A DNA stretch of 64,000 nucleotides from Candidatus Micrarchaeia archaeon (GCA_038886535.1 JAVZXS010000002.1:70673-134672); one strand, 5' to 3'. Counted from the first letter of the stretch, positions 9,516 to 18,664 are shown. The notes: generated from the sequence alone by a model not told the origin. Numbers and translations: made by a program.

Positions 9516-10724
9516 TCACTTAACAAACTTTACCAATCTTTTAACAGCTTCTACAAAAGTATTTGCTTCTTCTTTTGTATTATATAAGTATAAGGATGCC
9601 CTTGCTGAACCATCTATGTTATTTGCATTGAACCAGGAGTGAACACAATGCTGGCCGCTTCTTATCATTATATTTTCTGATTTATCTAAGAGCAATGAAA
9701 TCTGATGATAAGTCATTCCTTTTATATTGAAAGAAAATATTCCGCTTCTAAGTTTTGCTTCTTTAGGACCTAATAATTGGATATATCCGTTTTCTATCTC
9801 TTCTTCCAATCCATTAGTTATTATCTGATTGAGTTCGCTTTCATGTGCTTCTATCCTTTCTAATCCAACTGATCTTAGATATTCAGTTGCAGCTCCAAGC
9901 CCAATTATGCCAGAATAGTTTTGTAGACCTGCTTCATATTTATTTGGTACTTTTTCAAACTCAACACTTTCATAAGTAGAATTGACTACTGTTTCTCCTC
10001 CAGTCATAAACTCAGAAAGATTAGAAACTGAATTTTCAGATAGATATAAAACACCTGTTCCAGAAGGGCCAAGCATTTTATGTCCAGAGCAGGCTAGCGC
10101 ATCAGGGTTAAGTCTTTTGACATCTATCTTCTTATGTGGTGCAGATTGGGCTGCATCAACAAGTGTAAAAATTTTATTGTCGCGCGATATTTTTATCATC
10201 TTTTCTATTTGTTGTGTTGTTCCATCTATATTGGAGGTGTGAACAAAAGCTGCAAGCTTTACACTTTTATCTATTTTGTTTTGAAAATCCTCAATGTCTC
10301 CAAATCTAAAGAATTTCAATTTTATTCCTTTCTTCTTTAACATCTGCCAAGGAATTAGATTTGAATTATGTTCTTTATCTGAAATTAATACAGAATCTCC
10401 TTCCTTAAAATTGAAAGAATGAGATATCAGATTTATTCCTTCCGTTGTATTTCTTGTTATTATTATTTCATTAGGTTTAGCATTGAAGAAATTTGCAATT
10501 TTCTTCCTTGCGCTTTCAACCTCTTCTGTTGCTTTTTCTCCAAATTTATGGTTGCTTCTGCCAACACATGCGGGATACTCTTCATAATATTCATTCATCT
10601 TCCTGATTACTTGAATTGGCCTTAATGTCTGGCATGCATTATCGAAATAAATTACATTTTTTCCATTTATCTTCTTGCTTAAGATTGGAAAATCAGCTCT
10701 TATTTTTTCAATATTCAAACCCAT
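9516..10724 (-). CDS. Cysteine desulfurase, SufS/CsdA-like class II aminotransferase
   Basis: It has FDNACQT, the PLP-lysine block CSGHKMLGPSGTGVLY, and the catalytic Cys loop RSGQHCVHS. Confidence 0.85.
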   Translation of the reverse strand: MGLNIEKIRADFPILSKKINGKNVIYFDNACQTLRPIQVIRKMNEYYEEYPACVGRSNHKFGEKATEEVESARKKIANFFNAKPNEIIITRNTTEGINLISHSFNFKEGDSVLISDKEHNSNLIPWQMLKKKGIKLKFFRFGDIEDFQNKIDKSVKLAAFVHTSNIDGTTQQIEKMIKISRDNKIFTLVDAAQSAPHKKIDVKRLNPDALACSGHKMLGPSGTGVLYLSENSVSNLSEFMTGGETVVNSTYESVEFEKVPNKYEAGLQNYSGIIGLGAATEYLRSVGLERIEAHESELNQIITNGLEEEIENGYIQLLGPKEAKLRSGIFSFNIKGMTYHQISLLLDKSENIMIRSGQHCVHSWFNANNIDGSARASLYLYNTKEEANTFVEAVKRLVKFVK

Positions 10725-10890
10725 ATGGGCACCCTAAAATCAATAGTTTAAACAACTTTATCAAATATACTTATCTTATTTATTCAATAATAAATATAAA
10801 TATAATGCTAGATATGATGTTAAGACGGATACATCAAGAACCGATCTAACATTATGGATCAGTTGCAGTTTACTAATATAGAGTGATTAA

Positions 10891-11397
10891 ATGAAAATAA
10901 AAATAATTCCACTTATTGATTTTCCACTTCCCTTCAATGAAATAAAAGAACCATTTACAATAAAATTTGATTTGGAAACTGCAGATAAAGAATCCATTGA
11001 TTTTATTCAAAATGAGATTTCTAAATCATCTCTTTTTGCTAAAGATATTTTGTATTCTTTTTCAAAACATCTAGAATCGAAAGGCAAATTATCGAATGAA
11101 GTTAGGTATGTAATCATAACAGATAAAAAACTAATATATAGAAAAAAGTCAATTCTTGGCCTTAGTGAATTAGGGGGCAATTCAATAGTATCGCTTTATC
11201 TCATCCAAAAAGAGCCAGATATGGATCAGGAAGAGGAAGCTATAAAAGTTATTCTCCATGAGCTTGGCCATGGACTTGGGTTAGGACATTGTAGAGTTAA
11301 AGGTTGTATAATGTCAAAATTAGAGTCAATTGAAGATTTAAGAAATCAAAGATTTGAATTTTGTAATATATGCAAGAAAAAACTAGAAAAAAGATAA
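10891..11397 (+). CDS. amzA: Archaemetzincin-like zinc metalloprotease
   Basis: It has HELGHGLGLGHC (HExxHxxGxxH plus Cys) and a C-terminal CNICKKK zinc-ribbon remnant. SD gagtgat lies 3 nt upstream. Confidence 0.8.
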   Translation: MKIKIIPLIDFPLPFNEIKEPFTIKFDLETADKESIDFIQNEISKSSLFAKDILYSFSKHLESKGKLSNEVRYVIITDKKLIYRKKSILGLSELGGNSIVSLYLIQKEPDMDQEEEAIKVILHELGHGLGLGHCRVKGCIMSKLESIEDLRNQRFEFCNICKKKLEKR

Positions 11398-11410
11398 AAA
11401 TAGATAAAAT

Positions 11411-12109
11411 TCATCCATTTTGCAGTATAAATCTTTTCAGTTGTTCTTCGCTCATTTCTCCACAAACTGCCCTGTCTGTTTTTATGCTGTAGAATGCAGG
11501 AACGCCAAGGATTTTACAATCCCTTTCAATCGAAGCTGCATACATAAGCATTATCTCTCTATTTGTTTCATTATGCCATACTTCTAGCTTTGTGAATATC
11601 ACTCCAGTTTCATTTTCTACTTTCTCTACTATAGGTTTCATTTTCTGGCAGTGCGGACACTCAGCTCCATAGAATTCAATAAATCCTTCAAGACCACATG
11701 GTGGCTTTCCAGTTTGATTTAGAGTATAGTTCGTGGTACCATTTAAAGTTCCATTAACTAAGCTTAACGGAGCAAAAACACAATTTCCAGTTACAGGATC
11801 ACAGGTGCCGTATACTATTAAATTGTATATGCTGTATAATGAATAGCCAAAACTTGCAAAAAATATAATCGTGAAAACTAGGGATAAAGATTCAAAATGT
11901 TTAAAGACAAATTGCGCAGCTTTTTCATTCTTCATCATTAAATTTCCAATTATCATGCTCTTTACTTTTTCATCAAATCCAGTCTGACATTTTCTTAAAG
12001 TTATTTTTCTGAAACTGCAGTCGAACGCTTCAGCTGCTAAAGGCCTATATTTTGCTGAAAATATAGATAAAAACGCAAATACAAAAAGTGCTACAAAACA
12101 AAGAACCAT
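11411..12109 (-). CDS. Membrane-anchored thioredoxin-fold protein (2 TM plus external CPHC domain)
   Basis: TM1 is VLCFVALFVFAFLSIF. A basic loop carries C-x9-C (FDCSFRKITLRKC). TM2 is LSLVFTIIFFASFGYSLYSIYNLIVYG, followed by TCDPVTGNC. The Trx domain carries GAECPHCQKMKP, whose 9-aa core CPHCQKMKP is identical to that of the 8927-9433 protein. Confidence 0.6.
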   Translation of the reverse strand: MVLCFVALFVFAFLSIFSAKYRPLAAEAFDCSFRKITLRKCQTGFDEKVKSMIIGNLMMKNEKAAQFVFKHFESLSLVFTIIFFASFGYSLYSIYNLIVYGTCDPVTGNCVFAPLSLVNGTLNGTTNYTLNQTGKPPCGLEGFIEFYGAECPHCQKMKPIVEKVENETGVIFTKLEVWHNETNREIMLMYAASIERDCKILGVPAFYSIKTDRAVCGEMSEEQLKRFILQNG

Positions 12110-12207
12110 AAATTAACACCAACATAATTCAGAATTAAATAGTTTAGATTTAATTCAAAACGAATAGTATTAATCATTATATCTTAAAATATTAAAAGAT
12201 TGCGAAT

Positions 12208-13611
12208 TTATTCCTTCTTTTTATTCTTTTCGTCAAAATAGCTTTCCTTAAAGCTTTTCTTGAATCTATTGCAAGGTTTTTTCTCTGGGCATACTCCATA
12301 TAATTTACATTGTGGTCCAAGAAAAGCAAATAAGCGAGGATTTATTTTTCCTATTTCTAATGCGATTCCCTCTGCAAGTTCTCTTATCTCCCATTGTGCC
12401 TCTGTGCATGTTCTCTTTCCTATCGCGTTCAATGCATTCCATCCATTTATATGAATTAGATCATAAATTATTAATGCATGAGGAATAACTCCTATTGCAT
12501 CATTCCTTCCAATTCCATATCTTACTATATCTTTGTAAAGTGCAAACATCTGCATGGCTGCCATCTTGTATTTGTCTTTCCATTTTGAATTTTCTATAGT
12601 TTTAGGAATAACAATTTTTTCTCTTTCTACCGCATCATATATTGATTCAACGCTATGGTCCCATGTTCTTTGTCTTATGGCTTGATGGAGCGTTACAAGA
12701 GACATAGGAGCGAGGAATCCATTTATATCTGATCCATTATGGCTGTGCTTTAGGTTTGCAAGTTCCCCTTCATCTCTATCTATTATTGCTTTCATGATTT
12801 GTTCTATTTCTAGTTCTGAGTTTACGAATTTGACTTTTTCAGGTTTTTTGTTCTCTTCTATTATTCTTTGAATGGTTTTATTCTCTCCATAAATCTGCGG
12901 TGCAGGATACCATCCTAGCTTTTCATAGTTCATCTTTCGTTCCTCAAACAATTTAGGAGCAACTTTCCTTGCCTCATCTATCATTTTTTGAACTGTTTCT
13001 TTTACAACAGAAGGAACATTTTCTTCTTTTGACATTGCATGTAAGTGAGTTAGTTCTCTTGCGTCACCTAACGTTTGTATATTTGTCTTTGTATAAAGCG
13101 GAAGTATGTATCTTGCATCTTCCATAGGTATTCCATCTTTTACCATCTCTTCATAAAGCTTGAATGCCGAATCAAGAACTTGGATAGAAGTCTCTAGCAT
13201 TTTACTATTCAATATACTTTCAGGTAGTTCATATCCTCTATCAGCATTTGCTCTTCTTAACGATTGCTGGAGATGAGAAAGGTAGCTTGGAGAACATAAG
13301 AAAAGAGTAGTAGCTCTACTCACATCTGCTATTTCAAATATGAATGCATTTTGATCAGCAACCGATCCATGCCCTCTTCCAACACTCGCATTCAAAACTT
13401 TTTCAACCTTTTTATCTATTTCTTCTCTAGATTTTGTTAACCAAATATCATTACAAATTTGTGTTGGAGTCTTTTCTTCAAAACATCCTAGTGCTCCAAA
13501 TGCAGATATTTCATCTGGACCAAAATTATCGAAATCTTTTCTTAAGGTATAAGAAATAAGTTTTACTTTTGGTTTTTCAAATCTTTTAGCTTCTCTAAAG
13601 TTCGATTCCAT
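12208..13611 (-). CDS. Tandem (fused double) ThyX-like flavin-dependent thymidylate synthase homolog with divergent motifs
   Basis: Half 1 (aa ~15-225) reads GRGHGSVADQNAFIFEIADVSRA..LSHLQQSLRR..ARYILPL..GDAREL. Half 2 (aa ~258-432) reads LHQAIRQRTWDHSVES..GKRTCTEAQWEIRELA. Both resemble ThyX (GHES..EH..F.F....SRA, RHRxxSxxxxSxRY, ARxxLPL, NLRxxxxAQWEI), but the RHR motif is CSP in half 1 and RQR in half 2. Confidence 0.55.
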   Translation of the reverse strand: MESNFREAKRFEKPKVKLISYTLRKDFDNFGPDEISAFGALGCFEEKTPTQICNDIWLTKSREEIDKKVEKVLNASVGRGHGSVADQNAFIFEIADVSRATTLFLCSPSYLSHLQQSLRRANADRGYELPESILNSKMLETSIQVLDSAFKLYEEMVKDGIPMEDARYILPLYTKTNIQTLGDARELTHLHAMSKEENVPSVVKETVQKMIDEARKVAPKLFEERKMNYEKLGWYPAPQIYGENKTIQRIIEENKKPEKVKFVNSELEIEQIMKAIIDRDEGELANLKHSHNGSDINGFLAPMSLVTLHQAIRQRTWDHSVESIYDAVEREKIVIPKTIENSKWKDKYKMAAMQMFALYKDIVRYGIGRNDAIGVIPHALIIYDLIHINGWNALNAIGKRTCTEAQWEIRELAEGIALEIGKINPRLFAFLGPQCKLYGVCPEKKPCNRFKKSFKESYFDEKNKKKE

Positions 13612-13710
13612 ATTTCAACTATACAATTTCAATTTATATTTCTTTCTTTTAAAGCCTTATAGAAATATTTTTATAAATTGATTACACACTACTAAATAGA
13701 GAGTGATGAT

Positions 13711-14364
13711 ATGGCTAGTAGAAAAAAGTCAAAATCAAAATCTTTAAAATCGAAATCATTACGTTATAAGATTTCATCAAAGAAAAATAAAAAGAAACAA
13801 AAGAGAAAGAGATATATTTTGCAACAATTTGCACAAATAAATCAATATGGAGGTCCTGTTTCTAAATATGATGAAAAAACGCAACAATTCTTAAATAGGA
13901 GATTGACTGAATTAGAAAATAAAGGCTATGAGATACTTATAAGCTCCGATAGAATTACAATTATTATGCAAGAGCACCAAGCAGAATCAGAAGAATTATT
14001 CCTTAGAAAGAAAGGAGTTAATGCATCCGCTGTAGGCTCTGCTTTAGTAATAGAAGCACCTTTTCAAAAAATGCCAGAAAGCGAGGGCATAATGAAAAAG
14101 GAATCAACCAGAGAAAAAAAGAATAAGGATGTAACGTTATATATGTCACGTTCAGAATATAATACAATTAAAGATTATGTTAAGGATAATATTATGACAA
14201 AAGATATTTTTGAGCAAAATAAAGAAAAAATTTTTGGAAAAATTAATTCAGATACTTATAGAAAACTCGAAAAAGCATTTGAGAACAATGATTCTATAAT
14301 TATAAAAGCAGAAACATTTAGATTTACTGCAGAATTAAAGGAAAATAAAGAAACAAAGAATTGA
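13711..14364 (+). CDS. Hypothetical protein with Lys/Ser-rich N-terminus
   Basis: The ORF has a good SD (gagagtgat). I recognise no family. The N-terminus is SRKKSKSKSLKSKSLRYKISSKKNKKKQKRKR. Confidence 0.45.
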   Translation: MASRKKSKSKSLKSKSLRYKISSKKNKKKQKRKRYILQQFAQINQYGGPVSKYDEKTQQFLNRRLTELENKGYEILISSDRITIIMQEHQAESEELFLRKKGVNASAVGSALVIEAPFQKMPESEGIMKKESTREKKNKDVTLYMSRSEYNTIKDYVKDNIMTKDIFEQNKEKIFGKINSDTYRKLEKAFENNDSIIIKAETFRFTAELKENKETKN

Positions 14365-14373
14365 TTAAAATTT

Positions 14374-15015
14374 CTATTTATTTTCTATTTTTATTCCGTT
14401 CTTTTCAATAATTACATAGTCACCCTTTTGAATTTTGATAGTTTTCAATTCTATATCTTGTAAAAAGTGTAAAATAATAGCCTTTTCATCTGGATAATAA
14501 GTAATACTTACTGCATATGGAATTCTTTCCATTCTTTTAATCTCTTCTTTAGCCTTTTTCGGATCATCTTCATCTAACAATATACTTATATTGTGTGTCG
14601 TTCGAATTTTTCCTTCTTCTTCAAGCTTTATTAATTCTTCAATTATTTTAATTGACTCTTCCTTTATACTTTCAGACATATCTATTTTGTGAATAATCCT
14701 AAGCGCAGAATAAGCATCAATTTGCTTTGCATTCAAGATAGAAATCATTTTTCTTTCAATTTCTTTTTTTCTTGTTGTGAACTTTTCAAAATCTTCATAA
14801 AAATATCGTGGTTTTGGAATTTTATCTGTTTTTTCCATCGCTAGTTTTTGTGGCTTAATAGATTCGGTGCTCATTTTTATTTCGCTATCCTTTTGTATAT
14901 GTTGACTATTTAGAAGCGGAGGAAGCATAAATATAGATATTGCTGCAATTTTCATTTTTTTCTTTGCTTTTTCCATCATATCTTTTATTCTTTTGGTTTC
15001 CGATTTTTCACTCAT
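14374..15015 (-). CDS. Hypothetical protein
   Basis: It is a long ORF convergent with the previous gene, with one weak hydrophobic segment (IAAISIFMLPPLL). I recognise no family. Confidence 0.4.
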   Translation of the reverse strand: MSEKSETKRIKDMMEKAKKKMKIAAISIFMLPPLLNSQHIQKDSEIKMSTESIKPQKLAMEKTDKIPKPRYFYEDFEKFTTRKKEIERKMISILNAKQIDAYSALRIIHKIDMSESIKEESIKIIEELIKLEEEGKIRTTHNISILLDEDDPKKAKEEIKRMERIPYAVSITYYPDEKAIILHFLQDIELKTIKIQKGDYVIIEKNGIKIENK

Positions 15016-15100
15016 AATTAAGATAATGAAGTAGAGATATAAAAATCTATGTGTTCAAATTATATTTAGAGGTGGTTTTACGGCGAGTCAAAAACAAGAA

Positions 15101-15817
15101 TTGAACTTGACAACAGTAGCAGTTGTCGCTATCTTAGTTATAGGTTTTCTTTTTGCAATCTATTATCTATATCCAAAACAATCTTCTGATCAAACAGTTT
15201 CAGTCACAGGTAATGCACAAATGAAGGTATTGCCAGACAGAGTTGTAGTTTATGCACAAATATTGACAAAATCAAAAGATTCTGCAGAAGAGGCCAAAAA
15301 TCTTAATGCACAAATTTCCGATGCAGTTCTTACCTCTCTGATTAAGGCAGGAGTAAATAGAAGTGATATCGAAACAAGCGGCTTCAGTGTCTATCCCGAA
15401 TATGACTGGATACAGGACCAGGGTCAGGTGCTAAAAGGATATGTGGCAAGCAATTCTATGAAAATCACAATTGCTGATTTTGAAAATGCAGGAAAGATAG
15501 TAGATGCAGTTGTTAATAATGGCGGATTAATTAGCTATATTAATTATGAATTATCAGCAGAAAAAATGAATGAATATAAGGCACAACTACTCTATGAGGC
15601 TTCAAAAGACGCAAAGACAAAAGCAGAATCGATTGCTTTTGGCCTTGGAAAAAAACTGGGAGATGTTGTTTCAGTAAGCGCATCTGATTATAATTATTAT
15701 CCATATCCAATATATAGAGCAGAGGCTGGAGCAGACCTTAAGGAAATTTCAACAAATTTACCTTCTGCAAAATTAGATGTGACTGCAACAGTATCTGTAA
15801 CATATAAGATTAATTAA
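15101..15817 (+). CDS. SIMPL/DUF541-family secreted protein
   Basis: It has a signal anchor TTVAVVAILVIGFLFAIYYL, then VSVTGNAQMKVLPDRVVVYAQI...AEEAKNLNA, typical of DUF541. The track start is TTG 15101. An in-frame ACG at 15080 sits 3 nt after SD gaggtggt and may be the true start (see findings). Confidence 0.7.
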   Translation: MNLTTVAVVAILVIGFLFAIYYLYPKQSSDQTVSVTGNAQMKVLPDRVVVYAQILTKSKDSAEEAKNLNAQISDAVLTSLIKAGVNRSDIETSGFSVYPEYDWIQDQGQVLKGYVASNSMKITIADFENAGKIVDAVVNNGGLISYINYELSAEKMNEYKAQLLYEASKDAKTKAESIAFGLGKKLGDVVSVSASDYNYYPYPIYRAEAGADLKEISTNLPSAKLDVTATVSVTYKIN

Positions 15818-15875
15818 CTTTTTTTTATTTCTTTTTATTTCAAATCATTATCAGAATATTTTAATTTAGAATAAG

Positions 15876-16000
15876 CGCTGGGGGCGAGATTCGAACTCGC
15901 GCAGGCCTTTTGGGCCCAACAGCTTTCTGCATTTTTGATGAAACTCTTTCCTAAAGAGTTTATTAGCAGGCTGCCGCCATAGCCACTAGGCGACCCCAGC
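15876..16000 (-). tRNA. tRNA-Ser (anticodon GCU) with a 39-nt intron at position 37/38
   Basis: The minus-strand read is GCUGGGG-UC-GCC-UAGUGGCUAU-GGC-G-GCAGC-CUGCUA[intron]A-GCUGU-UGGGCCCAAAAGGCCUGC-GCGAG-UUCGAAU-CUCGC-CCCCAGC-G. The long class II variable arm fits Ser. CCA is not encoded. Confidence 0.9.
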
Positions 16001-16064
16001 ATTAAATATAATATGACAAGTAATGTTTTTAACTTATACCTATAATCTATATTAAGGTAGTTTT

Positions 16065-17144
16065 ATGGTTAAAGGATTTCATGATTCTGTTGAAAAAGAA
16101 CCTGGAAAATTAAAGGAGTGTTATGTATACGAAAAAAGACCAAATAATACTGTAAGATGTCATACTTGCTCAAGAAGATGTCTTATAGGGGATGGACATA
16201 CAGGTTTCTGTCTTGTAAGAAAGAATATAAATGGAAAATTATATGCGCTAAATTATTCAAAAATAGCAACAATGAATATAGATCCAATAGGAAAGAAACC
16301 ATTAGCACATTTTTATCCTAATTCGAACGTCTTATCAATTGCAACAATGGGCTGTAATTTTAGATGTCAATACTGTTGCAATTGGATGATTAGTCAACCA
16401 GAGAGAATGGAGGGAGACGATATTCCTCCAGAAAAAATAGTACAGACTGCAAAAGATGCAATGGCAGATGGGATATCGTATACTTATACAGAGCCAACGA
16501 TCTTTTTTGAGATCTGTTATGATACTGGAAAACTAGCAAAGAAAGAAGGACTATTTAATACTTGGGTTACTAATGGATATTTTACAAAAGAAACAATAGA
16601 TAAGGGAGAGAAATACATAGATGCAATGACAGTAGATTTTAAAGCTTCAGGTGATCCTGCATTCTATAAGAAATTTGTGTCTATTAATGATGTTGAGCCG
16701 ATCTATGAGAATCTTAAATATATAAAGAAAAAAGGAATATATTTTGAAATAACAGATCTAATTGTACCGCGAGTTGGAGATGATTTAGATAATGTTAAGG
16801 CACTTGCACAATGGATAAAAGAAAACTTAGGTAAGGAAACAGTTCTTCATCTTCTTAGGTTTTATCCATCATATAAGATGATGGACTATCCAGATACATC
16901 TGTAGAAACTTTAGAAAAGGCACAAAAGATTGCTAGTGATTATCTTGACTACGTCCTAATTGGCAATGTTCCAGGTCATCCCGGTGAAAATACCTATTGT
17001 CCAAACTGTAAATCCCTCGTCATAGGCAGATATGGTTTTCTTGTGATGAAATGGCTGCTTGATAAAGATAACAAATGCCTTAATTGTGGTTATAAAATTC
17101 CGATAATAGGAAAATTAAAATATCCATTGCCATCATTTGGTTAA
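16065..17144 (+). CDS. AmmeMemoRadiSam system radical SAM enzyme
   Basis: It has CNFRCQYCCNW (CxxxCxxC) and flanking Zn-ribbon-like CHTCSRRC..C and CPNCKS..CLNCGY. It is followed directly by AMMECR1 and Memo genes, the defining trio. Confidence 0.85.
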   Translation: MVKGFHDSVEKEPGKLKECYVYEKRPNNTVRCHTCSRRCLIGDGHTGFCLVRKNINGKLYALNYSKIATMNIDPIGKKPLAHFYPNSNVLSIATMGCNFRCQYCCNWMISQPERMEGDDIPPEKIVQTAKDAMADGISYTYTEPTIFFEICYDTGKLAKKEGLFNTWVTNGYFTKETIDKGEKYIDAMTVDFKASGDPAFYKKFVSINDVEPIYENLKYIKKKGIYFEITDLIVPRVGDDLDNVKALAQWIKENLGKETVLHLLRFYPSYKMMDYPDTSVETLEKAQKIASDYLDYVLIGNVPGHPGENTYCPNCKSLVIGRYGFLVMKWLLDKDNKCLNCGYKIPIIGKLKYPLPSFG

Positions 17145-17154
17145 TGTGATCGAT

Positions 17155-17772
17155 ATGCAGAAAAATGAATATTCAATTAAAGATGGAGAGTTGCTTGTAA
17201 GAATAGCACATAAAGCTATTAAGGAATACATTATCAATGGAGAAATAATAGATGTTAAAAAAGAATTTAATCCACCTGCGCATCTTTTAGAAAAAAGAGG
17301 AGTGTTTGTTACATTGACTATTGATGAAGAGCTCAGAGGATGCATAGGTCTGCCTCTCCCCATCCAACCATTAGCTGAGGCAGTGAGGGATATGGCTATA
17401 AGTGCTGCAACAGAAGACTATAGATTCATCCCTGTAAGCGAAAGTGAAGTTGATCAGATAAATATTGAAATAAGCATTCTTACAGTTCCAGAAGAATTAA
17501 AACTTGAAAGAAAAGAGGATGCACCTAAGAAAATAAAAGTAGGAAGAGACGGTTTGATCATAGAGTCTGATTGGCAGAGAGGTCTTCTTCTTCCGCAGGT
17601 TGCAATTGAAGAAAAATGGAATTCAGAAGAATTCCTTGATCATACATGTATAAAAGCAGGTTTGCATGAAGGATGCTGGAAAGAAAATGATACAAAGATT
17701 TTCACATTTCAGGCGATAATATTTAAAGAAGAGAAAAACGGAGAAATCAAGATGATTCTACCTAAATATTAA
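17155..17772 (+). CDS. AMMECR1-domain protein (AmmeMemoRadiSam system protein A)
   Basis: It has the LRGCIG signature and RDGLIIE..GLLLPQV. SD gtgatc lies 3 nt before ATG 17155; the track start TTG 17137 overlaps the upstream gene. Confidence 0.85.
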   Translation: MQKNEYSIKDGELLVRIAHKAIKEYIINGEIIDVKKEFNPPAHLLEKRGVFVTLTIDEELRGCIGLPLPIQPLAEAVRDMAISAATEDYRFIPVSESEVDQINIEISILTVPEELKLERKEDAPKKIKVGRDGLIIESDWQRGLLLPQVAIEEKWNSEEFLDHTCIKAGLHEGCWKENDTKIFTFQAIIFKEEKNGEIKMILPKY

Positions 17773-17783
17773 AGAGTGGTTAT

Positions 17784-18632
17784 ATGAATTTAAGAAAAGC
17801 AGCTGTTGCAGGTTCATTCTATCCTTCTTCTAAGAAAGAAGTAGAACACATGTTGGAAGGGTTCTTTTCTTCTCCAGAGATTTCAAGCTTAGAATCTGTG
17901 GAAGATATGGTGGGTATCGTATCTCCACATGCAGGATACGTCTATTCTGGAAAGACAGCAGCTTATGGTTATTCAAGATTAAGAGAGATAGGGCGGGATG
18001 CAACTTTTGTGATATTTGGTCCAAATCACTATGGATTAGGCGCAGAGGTTTCAATATATCCAAAGGGCGAATGGGAGACTCCGCTCGGCAAAGCAATCAT
18101 CAATGAAGAGCTTATAGATGAGATTTGCAAGGTGTGTAATGGAGATATTTTGATGGATGCTAGTGCCCATTTATATGAGCATTCAATAGAAGTACAGATT
18201 CCTTTTCTCCAATATGTATGTAAGAATAAGTTTAGATTCGTTCCCATATGTATGTTGAATCAAAGTATAAATGTTGCGAGAGAGATGGCCGAAATTCTTT
18301 ACAATGCTTATTCAAAAATGGCTAAGAAAGGTGAAAAAATATTTTTCATAGCATCCAGCGACTTTAGCCATTATGTACCTAAGAAAAAAGCAGAAGCAGA
18401 CGATTCTCTTGCAATTGAAAAGATAAGATCATTGGATGTTAAATCTTTTTATGAAACAATCGGAAAGAAACAAATTTCTATATGTGGTTATGGACCCATA
18501 GCTACTTTAATGTTTCTTTCAAATAAGATAGGTGCAAGAGAAATCAATCTTCTAAAATACTCCACAAGCGCAGACACTACCGGCGATGAAAATCACGTAG
18601 TGGGTTATGCTTCAATTGAATTTTTAAAATAA
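17784..18632 (+). CDS. Memo-like protein (AmmeMemoRadiSam system protein B)
   Basis: AVAGSFYP, VSPHAGYVYSG, FGPNHYG, EHSIEVQIPFLQ, SDFSHY and ICGYGPI are all present, so the full set of Memo metal and active-site blocks is intact. Confidence 0.85.
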   Translation: MNLRKAAVAGSFYPSSKKEVEHMLEGFFSSPEISSLESVEDMVGIVSPHAGYVYSGKTAAYGYSRLREIGRDATFVIFGPNHYGLGAEVSIYPKGEWETPLGKAIINEELIDEICKVCNGDILMDASAHLYEHSIEVQIPFLQYVCKNKFRFVPICMLNQSINVAREMAEILYNAYSKMAKKGEKIFFIASSDFSHYVPKKKAEADDSLAIEKIRSLDVKSFYETIGKKQISICGYGPIATLMFLSNKIGAREINLLKYSTSADTTGDENHVVGYASIEFLK

Positions 18633-18664
18633 GCAACTAAAACTAATTGATTTATTAATTTAAA

